Shown: positions 1 to 12,461, counted from the whole stretch's first letter. The stretch: 63,496 nucleotides of DNA, filler included, from Octopus bimaculoides (GCF_001194135.2; 8 parts of 6 records of this genome joined end to end with filler, not necessarily neighbours in it); one strand, 5' to 3'. The notes: generated by a model from the sequence alone, not told the origin. A program made the numbers and translations.

Positions 1-369
1 AGTAAAAATAAATACAAAAAAGGGGGGGGGGTTGTATGATTGTGTATAGAAGAATATATTATTTTGTTTAAAAGAGTTCCAACACTGTCTGTTTTTTATG
101 TTTTATTTATATTCCTGCAGAACCAATGTGGGGTATAGAATATGGAATATACAATATATAATATAATATACAATATATAATATGAAATAAAATAAAATAA
201 AAATGGATGGCACCATGAAATAAAGTATTGGATGTAGATGAAATATATATATATATATATGCATATGTAAATGTATGTTTATGTACATGCATACACATAC
301 ATACGTATCTTCGTGTATATTAAGATACATAAAATTGTGTAACTAAATTTGTGTTTATGTACTTTACAA

Positions 370-533
<164 letters not shown>

Positions 534-1174
534 ATAAATCATTTAAATTCTTTGAATTGTTTCAGCTTTAAATCTGTGGTCATGTACACGCACAACACAT
601 ACAGACACGACACACACACACACACTCAACACACACACATACACACACATATACACACACATTCACACACATATATGAATATCTTTATATATGTAAGTAT
701 ATAAATAAATATATATAAATATATATTCATGAGCCACTAATAGTTTCATGCGAAGAAAAACAACTCAAACAGCCTTTAATAACACGTCTGGTGCCTTCAT
801 GCAATCCGCGGGCTCTGCCCATATGTGTGTGTGTGCGCGCGTACGCGCATGTCTGTGTGCTTGTGCGCACGTGTATGTATTATGTATGTATGTATGGACT
901 CTGCTAAGGACACCGATTCATTTTTCTTCCCGGTAGCCATTACACACTACTCACTTTTTGACATTTCAGTCTTTTTGTAACTCTTTTCAATATATTTGAC
1001 ATTAACGAAAAAAAAAAAAAGGATCAAAGTCCTTTCCGAGTCAAAGGCTCACAAGGCCGTTTTTCCGGATTCCTCGCTGGATTGGAATCCGGTCCGTCGC
1101 AGGATTACTCATTTATCCCAGCTGAGTGAACTAGGGTAACGCGAAATGAAGTGTTTTGCTCAAGAACACAGCAC

Positions 1175-1520
1175 ATCGAGCAAATCGACCCCAGGACTTA
1201 TTCTTTGTAAGCCTAGTACTTATTCTATCGGTCTCCTTTGCCGAACCGCTAAGTTACGGGGACGTAAACACACCAGCATCGGTTGTCAAGCGATGGTGGG
1301 GAGGACAAACATAAACACACAAACACACATACATACATATATATATATACATATATACGACGGGCTTCTTTCAGTTTCCGTCTACCAAATCCTCTCACAA
1401 GGCTTTGGTCGGCCCGAGGCTATAGTAGAAGACACTTTCCCAAGGTGCCACGCAGTGGGACTGAACCCAGAACTATGTGGTTGGTAAGCAAGCTACTTAC
1501 CACACAGCCACTCCTGCGCC
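1175..1520 (-). mobile_element. tRNA-derived SINE, family B (CORE-like; resembles octopus OR-type SINEs), near full length
   Basis: Reverse complement starts ggcgcaggagtggctgtgtggtaag (A box) then gggttcagtccc (B-box-like) and caccttgggaaagtgtcttctactatagcc (CORE-like). Homologous copies at 6638-7000, 24745-24815, 33584-33970, 41185-41335, 44060-44190, 52555-52665. Confidence 0.85.
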
Positions 1521-1600
1521 TATGATCCCTAATCTACTATTTTACTTGTGCTTGATCCTCTAAAAATCTTATATGGACACCCAAGGATCATATGGACTCC

Positions 1601-1615
1601 GGTTGAGAACCACTG
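1601..1615. mobile_element. hAT (Charlie-like) MITE terminal inverted repeat, one end only
   Basis: ggttgagaaccactg is the reverse complement of CAGTGGTTCTCAACC; the same TIR type brackets 23050-23359. Confidence 0.55.
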
Positions 1616-2380
1616 ACCTACACCAGTATTGCTCTTAAAAAACGTATAAACATCGCATCACTTTGTTGCCTTAAAACATATGACATTAATTGTTATTAGT
1701 TGATATAAGATGGCTATAAGTTTAGACATGTTAAATGAGGTTAAGTAATAAATTAAAACATAAAAATGGTTAGATATTTATGATTGGGACACCACTGGAA
1801 AAGCTACGTTGGTTCCTCTCAAAAGAAAGGAATACATTTATAAAATCTGAAGTAACTGAAAGAAGCCCGTCGTATATATATANNNNNNNNNNNNNNNNNN
1901 NNNNNNNNNNNNNNNNNNNNNNNNNNNNNNNNNNNNNNNNNNNNNNNNNNNNNNNNNNNNNNNNNNNNNNNNNNNNNNNNNNNNNNNNNNNNNNNNNNNN
2001 NNNNNNNNNNNNNNNNNNNNNNNNNNNNNNNNNNNNNNNNNNNNNNNNNNNNNNNNNNNNNNNNNNNNNNNNNNNNNAAAAGGCAGAATGCTAAACTGGA
2101 AGCATATTTTAATGAAGATTCCTAACCGGTTTTCATTGCGAAAGCAAATTATCAAGAAGAAGGAGAATGAAAATGTTTTTTACAAAGAAGTACAAAATGA
2201 AGAAAATAATATATAAAACAATAATATATTAAAAAAATATATATACCCATACATTATATTGTCTTTGAGCTTTTGAAGTTCAATAGTAGTTCATGAATGG
2301 AGTGTACGGTGTTGGTGTAACGTGAATAAAAATATAACTAACGTTTCATACCTAAGGTTCATTATCAGAAATTAGTCAGA

Positions 2381-2610
2381 GGCGGCGAGCTGGCAGAAAC
2401 GTTAGCACGTCGGGCGAAATGCTTCGCGGTATTTCGTCTTCCGTTATGATCTGAGTTCAAATCCTGCCGAAGTCGACTTTGCCTTTCATCCTTACAAGGT
2501 CGATAAATTAAGAACCAGTTATGCACTAGGGTTGATGTAATCGACTTAATCTTTTTGTCTGTCCTTGTTTGTCCCCTCTATGTCTAGCCCCTTGTGGGCA
2601 ATAAAAAAAT
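2381..2610 (+). mobile_element. tRNA-derived SINE, family A
   Basis: Head ggcggcgagctggcagaa (A box), ctgagttcaaatcc (B box), central gtcgactttgcctttcatcctt...gtcgataaattaag, A-rich tail. At least 14 copies in the window. The central segment resembles the Meta/MESC SINE domain (from memory, unverified). Confidence 0.9.
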
Positions 2611-2949
2611 ATGAAATTAGTTAAAGGTGCTGTTCTAATTTTTAAGTTATTTCTTCTCACTGCAACTAACTCGTCTCACAATTACGAGCCAACAATGGAA
2701 ATTCTATGTGGTCACTTTCCCTGCAAGACCAAGGGGCAGCAATGTGATCGGTATTGACCCCTGGGTTCTCCAAGTGAGCGATAAACACGCGAAAGGATTT
2801 TGAACATTAAGAACGTTGAATTATTTACGAACTGAATTTGGGAGATCGCAGTAATTTAGGGCTAAAACTCACTAATTTCCAACCAAATATCAATGCGATA
2901 AGTATTGGGTTGGTGCATAATTATTGCTGAATTAGTTACAACTCATTTT

Positions 2950-3060
2950 TGCCAGCTGAGTGGATTGGAGCAATAAAATTAAAATTTTCTTGTGCTAGGA
3001 CAGAGCGCGCCGCCAGGAATTGAACTCACGACGTTGCGATCGAAAGCCACGCGCTTCTAC
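2950..3060 (-). mobile_element. tRNA-derived CORE-like SINE, family D fragment
   Basis: Reverse complement contains gtgagttcaattcctggcggcgcg (B box) and ctccaatccactcagctggc; related fragments at 1115-1176 and 6478-6608. Confidence 0.65.
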
Positions 3061-3726
3061 ATCAACAATAACAACAACATCAGCAATAACAACCTCACAA
3101 TTTACCTTTTATCTCAAAACCAGTCAAATAAGTTCATACTTCTGTCTCGTCTTCGCAAATCAGAAACAGAAAATATCACCGAGTGCAGTTTCTTTCCAAC
3201 ATCTGCGTTGTGTGTGAGTGTACCTTTGCGTGTGTGTGTGCGTGTGAGAGAGCGAAAGAGAGAGAGAGAAAGGTATGTGTGTGTGTGTGTGTGTGTTTTC
3301 GTCTTTCTTACACTGCTCTACAACGTATGAACGCCTCCTTTACGTGTCTGAGGATTTATTAGCAAATGTTATGTCTAGTAACAAATCAAAGATTATATAA
3401 ACATGAATTCAAATATGTTTACGTAGACTTTCTTTCGCTCAGCTTCACCGTTTTCCTTTTATATATATCTGTTTAGTCGACATTACAATATACCTGTTCC
3501 CTGTTAACTGTCTGTTAACTTGAACTAACTTGATAGATAATATTTAGAGAGCCGAGTTAGTTTCCGAAACTATACAACACCTGTACAATTGAATGTTTAT
3601 CTTCAAAAGTTTCCATCAGCCGAAGGTGTCTTTCCCTTCGCTCGCAGACAGTAACAGAATTTGAGAAGCTGAGAAGATAAAAGATTATTGCTCAAGCGTA
3701 GGGGAGGGGTAAGAAAAGAAACTAAT

Positions 3727-3765
<39 letters not shown>

Positions 3766-4280
3766 CACACACACACACGTATATATATATANNNNNNNNN
3801 NNNNNNNNNNNNNNNNNNNNNNNNNNNNNNNNNNNNNNNNNNNNNNNNNNNNNNNNNNNNNNNNNNNNNNNNNNNNNNNNNNNNNNNNNNNNNNNNNNNN
3901 NNNNNNNNNNNNNNNNNNNNNNNNNNNNNNNNNNNNNNNNNNNNNNNNNNNNNNNNNNNNNNNNNNNNNNNNNNNNNNNNNNNNNNNNNNNNNNNNNNNN
4001 NNNNNNNNNNNNNNNNNNNNNNNNNNNNNNNNNNNNNNNNNNNNNNNNNNNNNNNNNNNNNNNNNNNNNNNNNNNNNNNNNNNNNNNNNNNNNNNNNNNN
4101 NNNNNNNNNNNNCTCACACATGTACATATATACGCACACATATATGTGTGTTTTGAAGTAAATGTATGTATGTGTAAACTCCATGTCAAAAATGGTATTT
4201 TCCAACCTCAAAGGAATGCATTTTTTTATAAGACAAGAAACACTGCAGTAAATATCTGACGAAATATTTTCACCATACGT

Positions 4281-4320
<40 letters not shown>

Positions 4321-4764
4321 GTTGTTGCTGCTGCTGCTGTTACTGCTGCTGTTGCTTCTACTGCTGTCACTACCACTACTATTACTACTATTGCTATACC
4401 GCCACCAATACTACAACAACTAGTACTACTACTGCAACCACTACTACAACCACTACTACAACCACTACTGCCACTATTACCATCACTACCACCAACCCTA
4501 CTACTACTACTGCTACCTGTTATAATTTTTAAGAGCCTAAATAAAATCTTAAGCACGTCACCAAGATCATTAGGCACAGACAGATTTATGAATTTTCTTC
4601 TTTTGGAATCTTTGGAGGGTGATAAACACTGAAGAATGTTTGGAAAGATGAAACATTTTAATTATCTGCAGTTTCCTTACTGTTTGCTTAATCATAAATC
4701 TTCACTACCACCACCAACATCGCAACCATCACCAACACTGCGACGATATTACCGTTGTTGTCTA

Positions 4765-5350
4765 AGATGGTGAGCTGACAGAATCGTTTCTACACGTTCT
4801 GAGTTCGAATTCCGCCGAGGTCGACTTTGCCTTTCATCCTTTCGGGGTCGATAAATTAAATACTAGTTACGCACTGGGGTCGATGTAATTGACTTAATCC
4901 CTTTGTCTGTCCTTGTTTATCCCCTCTATGGTTAGCCCCTTGTGGGCAATAAAGAAATAAGAAACGTTAGCACGCCGGGCGAAATGCTAAGCTGTATTTC
5001 GTCTGTCTTAATGTTCTGAGTTCAAATTCCGCCGAGGATGACTTTGCCTTTCATCCTCTTGGGGTCGATAAATTAAGTACCAGTTGCGTACTGGGATCGA
5101 TCTAATCGACTGGCACCCTCCCCAAAAATTTGGGGCCTTGTGCCTAGAGTAGAAAAGGATATTACCGTTGTTGTCTAAGATGGTGACTTGACAGAATCGT
5201 TTCTACACGATCTGAGTTCAAATTCCGTCGAGGTCGACTTTACCTTTCATCCTTTTTAGGTCGATAAATTAAGTACCAGTGAAACACTAGGGTCGATGAA
5301 ATCGAATAGTCCTCTTTCCCTAAATTTCAGGCCTTGTGCCTTTAATAGAA
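4765..5350 (+). mobile_element. Three head-to-tail family A SINE units
   Basis: The B box plus gtcgacttt...catcc core recurs at about 4800, 5020 and 5215. Confidence 0.9.
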
Positions 5351-5369
5351 AGAAGTTCATAATCATTAT

Positions 5370-5704
5370 TTACATTATATACGTTTGACGGATATTTGTC
5401 CTCGTCTTCTTTATTGTTAACACAACGTTTCGGGTGATATACCCTCCAGCCTTCATCAGGTGTCTTGGGGAAATTTCGAACCTAGGTCCTCATTCCTAAG
5501 ATATTTTTCGATGTTATTCCTAAGGTATTTTGCGATGTTAACCACTACGCCATATGCCCACGGGCATATGGCGTAGTGGTTAACATCGCAAAATACCTTA
5601 ACCGCTCTTAACCACTACACCATATGCCCACGGGCATATGGTGTAGTGGTTAAGAGCGCGGGCTACTAACCCCAAGATTCCGAGTTCGATTCCAGGCAGT
5701 GACC
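5370..5704. mobile_element. Rearranged tRNA-headed SINE-like element with a hammerhead-containing tail
   Basis: Plus-strand tRNA-like head 5632-5704 (A box tggtgtagtgg 5639-5649, B box gagttcgattcc 5682-5693). On the minus strand the same head start runs directly into a tail containing an HHR motif. Confidence 0.65.
5419..5464 (-). ncRNA. Minimal type-I hammerhead ribozyme motif
   Basis: RC: gacac-CTGATGA-a-ggctg-gagggtatat-caccc-GAAAC-GTT-gtgtt. Stem I gacac/gtgtt, stem II ggctg/caccc (1 mismatch), canonical core, palindromic AC/GT stem III. Confidence 0.7.
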
Positions 5705-5770
5705 AGATTGCATAATTTAGTCGCTGNNNNNNNNNNNNNNNNNNNNNNNNNNNNNNNNNNNNNNNNNNNN

Positions 5771-5782
5771 TTAATTAATTAA
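5771..5782. other. Assembly spacer TTAATTAATTAA inside a 100-base gap (artefact)
   Basis: Same 12-mer set within N-runs of about 44 at 5771, 25595, 41120, 53727, 56037, 59008 and 62088; it places TAA in all six frames. Confidence 0.95.
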
Positions 5783-6637
5783 NNNNNNNNNNNNNNNNNN
5801 NNNNNNNNNNNNNNNNNNNNNNNNNNTTGTAAACAGAGAGTTACTTACGTTTCTTGCATAAATAAAAGAAATTTTATTTAACAAACTGTGACACTAAGGA
5901 CCGAGGTTACCGTGGTCTTTTCGTAGGTTTTTCTTTCCACGGATAACCTCCCCATTTATTGGGAATTTTCTGTATTATTTCGTATGTTTTGTAAATACCC
6001 CAAACGTTTTGCGATGTTCTTTTTCATCGTTGTCCCAACTTTTTTTTTTTTTTCTGCTTTGTTTTCGCCCCCCTCGAAAAGAAAAAACTCTACATTTGTA
6101 TTTTTTCCCCTCTGTGTTGAGCCCTGTGTGGCTAATAAAGAAACCTATCTATCTATCCATAAATCCGTCAATCTAACCGTCTGTCTGTCTGTCTTTCTCT
6201 CTCTTTCTCTTTTTCTTTCTTTTTCTCTCTCTCCATCTCTGTCGCTCTTTCTTTCTTTATCTGTTCGTCTGTCCGTCTGTCTGTCGGTCGGTCGGTCTCT
6301 ATCTCGCTCCCTTTCTCTCTTTATCTGTCTATGATCAGGTAACATGTATCACGATTTTTCTGCTTTCTGGTGCGTATTTAGCCATGCTGTCAACCTCCCA
6401 ACCATTGATTCACCGGAATATCGAGGATGTGACAGCTGGAAGGATAGAGAACTGTATCAGTTCTAGGCTAGGTTTCATTTTCAGCTGAGTAGACAGGAGC
6501 AACGCGAACTATAGAGACTTGTTCAACACACTGCACCATCCGATTCAGGAATCGAACCCGCGACCTAATGATCAAAAGATGAATAAGCTAACCCATAGGG
6601 CATACGCAGCGTCATGGAACCACGTGACATGGAATCA

Positions 6638-7000
6638 TGTGTGGCACCTTGGCAAAGTGTCATCTACTATAGTTTCTGGTTGATGAATGCCTTGTGAGTG
6701 AATATACTAGACGGAAACTGTAGCAACCCATACTATATGTATGTGTGTGTATGTGTATGTGTGTGGCTTTTTGTCTGTCACTACTCGACAGACACTGCTT
6801 TTTGTGTAAGGCTTTTTGTCAGTCACTGCTTGACAACTGGTATTGGTTTGTTTACGTCCCAGTAACTTAGTGAATCGGTAAAAGTGTACAATAGGATAAA
6901 TTCCAGATTTAAAAATAAATACTGGGGTCGATTTGTCGGACTAATCCCACAAGGCAATCCTCCAGCATGGCCACAGCCAAATGACTGAAAGAAGTATAAG
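6638..7000 (+). mobile_element. Family B SINE, 5'-truncated and diverged
   Basis: gtggcaccttggcaaagtgtcatctactatag...agacggaaactg...ccagcatggccacagccaaatgactgaaa matches the 1175-1520 copy. Confidence 0.8.
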
Positions 7001-8149
7001 AGTTATAGAGTAATTCTCTAACATATATCAATACATTCATTCATACATAGACGCATGCACACACATACACACACGCACACACAAATACACACACAGAATA
7101 AAGATTGAAATTATGATATTTTTAATTTTGTAGTTACAATCGTTTCAATACAACACGAGAATTACCTTTCATGAATATAAACATCAAAATCAATATGAAT
7201 ACAATTAATTCCTAATCTATTTATATAAAGATACATTAAGTAAGCATGTGTATTTCATTAGGCTGAGAACTTATACAGGTACTTAATAATGTACACACGC
7301 ACGCGCGCGTATTATTATCATGTTATGAATTCATTATATCCATATTGATATTCATGTATGTATGCATGTATATGTACTTTTATATACTTTTTAAAAGTAT
7401 CTAAACATAGAAACATAATTCATTATACAATGAAATTATTATTGCGTAAAGAAAGCTGCGAAACGGCCTTAATCTTAAGGAAGACAATTGGTTAAATAAG
7501 CATATTCACCTCTCATACCTCTTGACATTTTATAGTTTATATACTCCTCATGAATTAATTTTATCTATCGGTACTCCTGGATTTCAGCTACATGAAACTC
7601 TGTTTTATACACATCTGTAGTAGCATTAATGTGTGATATTTTAGCCGAGTCCATTAGAAGAGCTTTCTGTGATAGCCACCGATTCTATGAATCCGTATAA
7701 TACGCTACAAATTATACATATTTATTTAGATGTATGTATGTATGTACAGACACATACATATATACATACGTATATATGCATGTATGTGTGTGTTTATGTA
7801 TGTATGCATATGTGTCTGTGCACGTGTGCGTGTATGTGTGAATGTACTATGTCAAGTAAACTCCAAACATCGAAATGTAGAACAGTGTGTTAGTTGTCAC
7901 GTACGAAATTTTTTATTCTAAGCCCGCGATCACAGTTCCTAATTCCCCGAAGCAGCTCACATTAGTTATACGCTGAAGCCCATGTTCCATTTACAGACAT
8001 CTATAGGCTAATCTATTTATCTATCAATCTGTTTTATAAGTATAACCATACATATATATAAACGTATGTGTATACATACATATATATATNNNNNNNNNNA
8101 TATATATATATATACTTATATGTATATTTATAGATATACGTATATCCAC

Positions 8150-9800
8150 ATACGGTGCACTAGAAAATGCCAAACATCATTTTCGTCTAGTTGTACTTCA
8201 GCAGATTTAGATTTTCTTTTAAGTATTTCTTGTTCAATGGAAAGAGGAGAAAGAAAATATAAGTAAGCGGAATCAGGGATTTCAGCTTGTACCAACCTTT
8301 TATAAAGTCTAGTTACACTAACTTGTTAGTGAGTCTGAAACTAAGTACTGAGTTTAAGAATTTTCTGTGTCAATTTTATGAACTCAATCTGAATTGTTTT
8401 TAACTCACAGAAGCCGTATTCAGAATAATGGAACTAAAGTGAATTGATCATCTAATTAAAAGATAAGATTCCTATATAATTCGTTTGGTTAGTTCCACAT
8501 AATAAAAGTATGTTCATAGAAAGAGTTTATTTAAGACGTCTATCATGCAGAATAGCAGGGATTTAGACAAACTACGTTAATTCCGAAATTTATATTATAC
8601 AAAATTTTAATTAATTATGCTTTAAGATTATAAACTTCGGGAAGATCCAGTAAATTTTTCTTGATAGACTTTTGCCAATATAAATTGACTGACTGTCAAT
8701 ACTGCTGCTTATCTTTCTTTCAATATATTACATTACGAGGAGTTATAAATCAAGTTTTTCTTTACTATTTGGAAGTATTCTGGCCAATTCAACTGCAGAT
8801 ATCTCTGATTCTAAAGCTTAATTAGGTACCAGATTCACTTTGGTAAAATTATTTTCAATAGAATTTCTGTCTGGCAATATCATTCTCAAAACTTAATTTC
8901 ACTTCGTTTCCACGTATCAGAAAATGCTGTAAATTTTTTTCAAAATGGTATTTCGAATTAAATTCTTCAGACTTCTTTAATATTAGATATTCCATTTATA
9001 CAAAAAATGTTTTCTATTTCTTGATTTCTGTGAAATTAATAGCAAAGTTACCACAATGTTGGCACTACCATTCTTACTGATGTAATTCTTACTGATGTAA
9101 TTCTGAAGAACTAATTCGTGAATGCTTCGTGTTTGGCTTGGCTAAATAAACGCCATTTGCATTGTCCAGTTTATGTAGCGTTCATCACAAGCTGTAAGTT
9201 GGTTTATAAAAAGAAACAATAACGAAAATAGTTAGTTATTTAATAAACTATATGCTATAAAATCTCGTTTCTCAAGAATTCTTTATAATTGAATAAAATA
9301 TCCACATGGTAGTGGATGACTGTGAATGTGATGCTTCCCGTCTATCATACGCAGCAGGATCTGAGTCAAATGACAATACAGACCAAAATGATTTGGGTTT
9401 ATGTACTAGAAGGAATCCTCTTTCCAATTGCCTTTTGTATGTGCCAACAGGAAGAGTTAAACTCAACCTTACAAACTAACAAAATACACATAATTTTTTA
9501 CTGTATTGGTACATATAATTTTTTTATTCAGTGCAGATAAATGTATAAGGCTATTTAGAGATATACAATGTCTGTGACAGAGATATCCATGACCATGTTA
9601 AATACTTTGTCCTGGATATCCAAACAAAAACCCTCCTCTTGATTATTTATGCTTCCATTCTGAATATGTAAGTCTTTTTCAGATGCCCCATATTGCCAAC
9701 ATTACAAAAATTACATGATGGAGGACTTAGAATTCTTTGAGCAGTAAAGGTGTTATTCAACCTTAAAATTCTGTTGGTTCCCCTCAAGGTCTAAATATGT
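8150..9800 (-). pseudogene. Decayed hAT-family transposase relic
   Basis: Minus-strand fragments near 8160-8300 read YKLKSLI and LSPLSIEQEIL, resembling the hAT C-terminal dimerisation region (FSKLK...LAILSIE). Many stops and frameshifts; upstream extent approximate. Confidence 0.4.
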
Positions 9801-9820
9801 TTCGTTATATAAAAGCGGCA

Positions 9821-10010
9821 AGGCGGTGAGCTGACAGAATTATTAGCACTCTGGACGAAATGCTTAGCGATATTTCGCCTGTCGCTACGTTCTAAGTTCA
9901 AATTCTGCCGAGGTCAACTTTACCTTTCATTCTTTTGGGGTCGTTAAATTAAGTACCAGTGAAACACTGGGTCGATGTAATTTCAAGCCTTGTGCCTTTA
10001 ATAGAAAGGA
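9821..10010 (+). mobile_element. Family A SINE
   Basis: aggcggtgagctgacagaa head, gttcaaattctgccgaggtcaactttacctttcattc core. Confidence 0.88.
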
Positions 10011-11149
10011 TTAGATAATAGCAGTTTCATATTTCGGATGACACACCTTGTAGCAATGATGCTGTCTGCTTTAGCTATGATTCCATATTTACACAATCTC
10101 TTCAGTTCTCAACCCACGGTGATGCTGTTTTCTTTCTATATCTCTTTTTGCTGAAACAGTAATGGATTCTTATTTTCCGATTACACATACTGCAACTGTC
10201 TTCTCTTTCTCACCACTGGTACTATTGCGTGAAATAGTATATATATTTTTATATGGACTTCTTCATTTTGAGACGCATTACACTATGGAACTTTTTCTTT
10301 CCAATATGTTCTCGCAATAAAGTAACTTGCATCTTTTCGAGCTACTTACGCACAGATTTATCCCATTGCCACTTCTCTTCTGAAGAGGCTCCTATTTTGG
10401 GCTGTGAGCATTGAGGTTTTTTTTTTTTTTTCTAGGATGCAGCGATAGGGAAAATAAAACATTGTTTACAACAAAATCGTATTATTTTCATCGGTTCATT
10501 TATTATTTACTGACCGGAAAGTCATCCGTACTCAGAGATCAACACGCCCATTAATTAATGATGTTATCTACCCACAACAACAACAAAAAAATCAGTTTAT
10601 AGAAACAGTAATCTACAGAGAATAAAATTCTGTCACTATACGTCAGCACAAATGTTTATGAGGGACAAGATAATTGATTCTTCAATACTTCTTGTTAAGG
10701 CAGAGCATTGTCATTGTTTTGGTTATTTCAAACGCTGTTTTAATATTTTTAACAATTGTTTCCACCTACTTGTGTTGTGCTGCAATCTTGATTAGAATTG
10801 CAATTTTATGGCCTTTATTATAAAGAACCAATTTCTAAAATTCTTTACAACAACAAACGGGGAATCCTGTTTTGGTTAATATTAACGAACTTTAGGCGGC
10901 TGTTGATATTGTCATAGCTCTTATTGTTATTATTGTTGTTATTATTGTTATCGTTGTTATTGTTGCTATTATTGTTATTGTTCTTATAATTGCAGTGGTT
11001 GTTGCTTTAGTTGCATTACGGCAAATAGATGCCTCCCAGCTGTATTTGCTATTAAAACATTTAATGACGATGATTATTTTATTCACAACCATCTTCTCTT
11101 TTTCTTTATCTATTTCCCTATCTCTATAGTCTTTCCTTTCTCACCAGTC

Positions 11150-11310
11150 TCCATGCTTCCTTCTCCATATTTCTTTTTCTCCATCTTTTTTTCTCTCTCT
11201 CTCTTTCTCACTCTTTCTCTATTTCTCTTTCTTTCTTTCTCTCTTTCTTTCTTTCTGTCTTTCTTTCGCCGTTTCTTTCTTTCCATCCCTCTGTATTTCT
11301 CCGTCTCTCC

Positions 11311-11388
<78 letters not shown>
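11150..11388. repeat. CT-rich tract with (CT)n(CA)n microsatellite
   Basis: Directly visible. Confidence 0.95.
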
Positions 11389-11391
<3 letters not shown>

Positions 11392-12461
11392 TTCTGTTAC
11401 TGATTATTTTCTTGCTACTACATTTGAAATTTTGATATACAATTAAATTGATTTAGAATATTTTAATTTATTAGTTTTTGTCTGTTTTCTTCATATCAAA
11501 ATTCAAGTCTCCAGATTTATCGTTGAAAAGTTCATTAAATTACTGCTGAGCATTGAAGAATTGATATGGATTCAGCGATGCATGGCATCATTAACTTCAA
11601 CAATGTAAACATCTTTCAATCCATTGACATAGACAGTATCAAAGCGAGATCACTCAGAGAATCGGGCAAGAAAATAATACGAGCAAACTCACCATGTGAT
11701 CCTGGGTAAAAGAAGCAGATACAAAGGATAACTATGTAATCTAACAAAGAAGCTGCTTCCTGATCGTTCGATCTATTTGGCTTCGCTCAAATCGCATGTG
11801 CTTTTTTAAAAAAAGGAATGGTTCTTTAAATAATGTAGTCCAGAATGTTACGGTTGGAACGCGTTTGATTATGGGTTTACTCAATCAGAGTCCAACTGAG
11901 TCTAAACCACAATTACGAGAAAAGGCTCTTGTGCTAAAGTATATTCTAAAGTATTGATGGAAAGTAACATCAGGTCTAATTAATTAATGACAGAAAGGTG
12001 ACAGCTGTTACTCACTTTCTATCGAGCACTCTTATGACACGGAGGTACTTAGCCGAACAACATGGAGCGATCGATATATCTTGCTTTTCAGTTACGCAAT
12101 GCTAGTCACTAATTGAGAAATTAACTGTGCATACAGCCATAAACCGCATGGAGTGCTATGTGACGGACTGGATTTATAGAGCGATGAAATTTATATCTCA
12201 TTACTGCGGCTCTAGGCTTTGTTTTTTTTTTTACACGGTACTGAAACCTTGCGATCTATTTATGAGACTGCAGAATAGGTTAGATAGATGGTGTGGTGGA
12301 ATGCCAAGTAGATATTGGGTTTCTTTCTTTTTTTTTTTTTTTTTTTTTTTTTTACTAATTGACAATAACGAAATCAAATTTCATTGAATAAAAATAAAAA
12401 CAAACTTACACTGTCACTAGCAGTACCAGCCGCAGCAGAAAGGGAAGATGATGCTGAAAGA

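Noticed and set aside
121-138. Strong plus-strand acceptor (tttatattcctgcAG) followed by NQCGV*
   Set aside because: No upstream context, no supporting donor or homology; cannot be distinguished from chance.
5632-5704. Functional tRNA gene (anticodon loop ctACTaa)
   Set aside because: The acceptor stem does not pair well and the sequence is joined to a repeat tail; it is a SINE head.
11566-11709. Plus-strand short ORF MDSAMHGIINFNN...PCDPG*
   Set aside because: Under 50 codons, no good acceptor, no recognised homology; within chance expectation.
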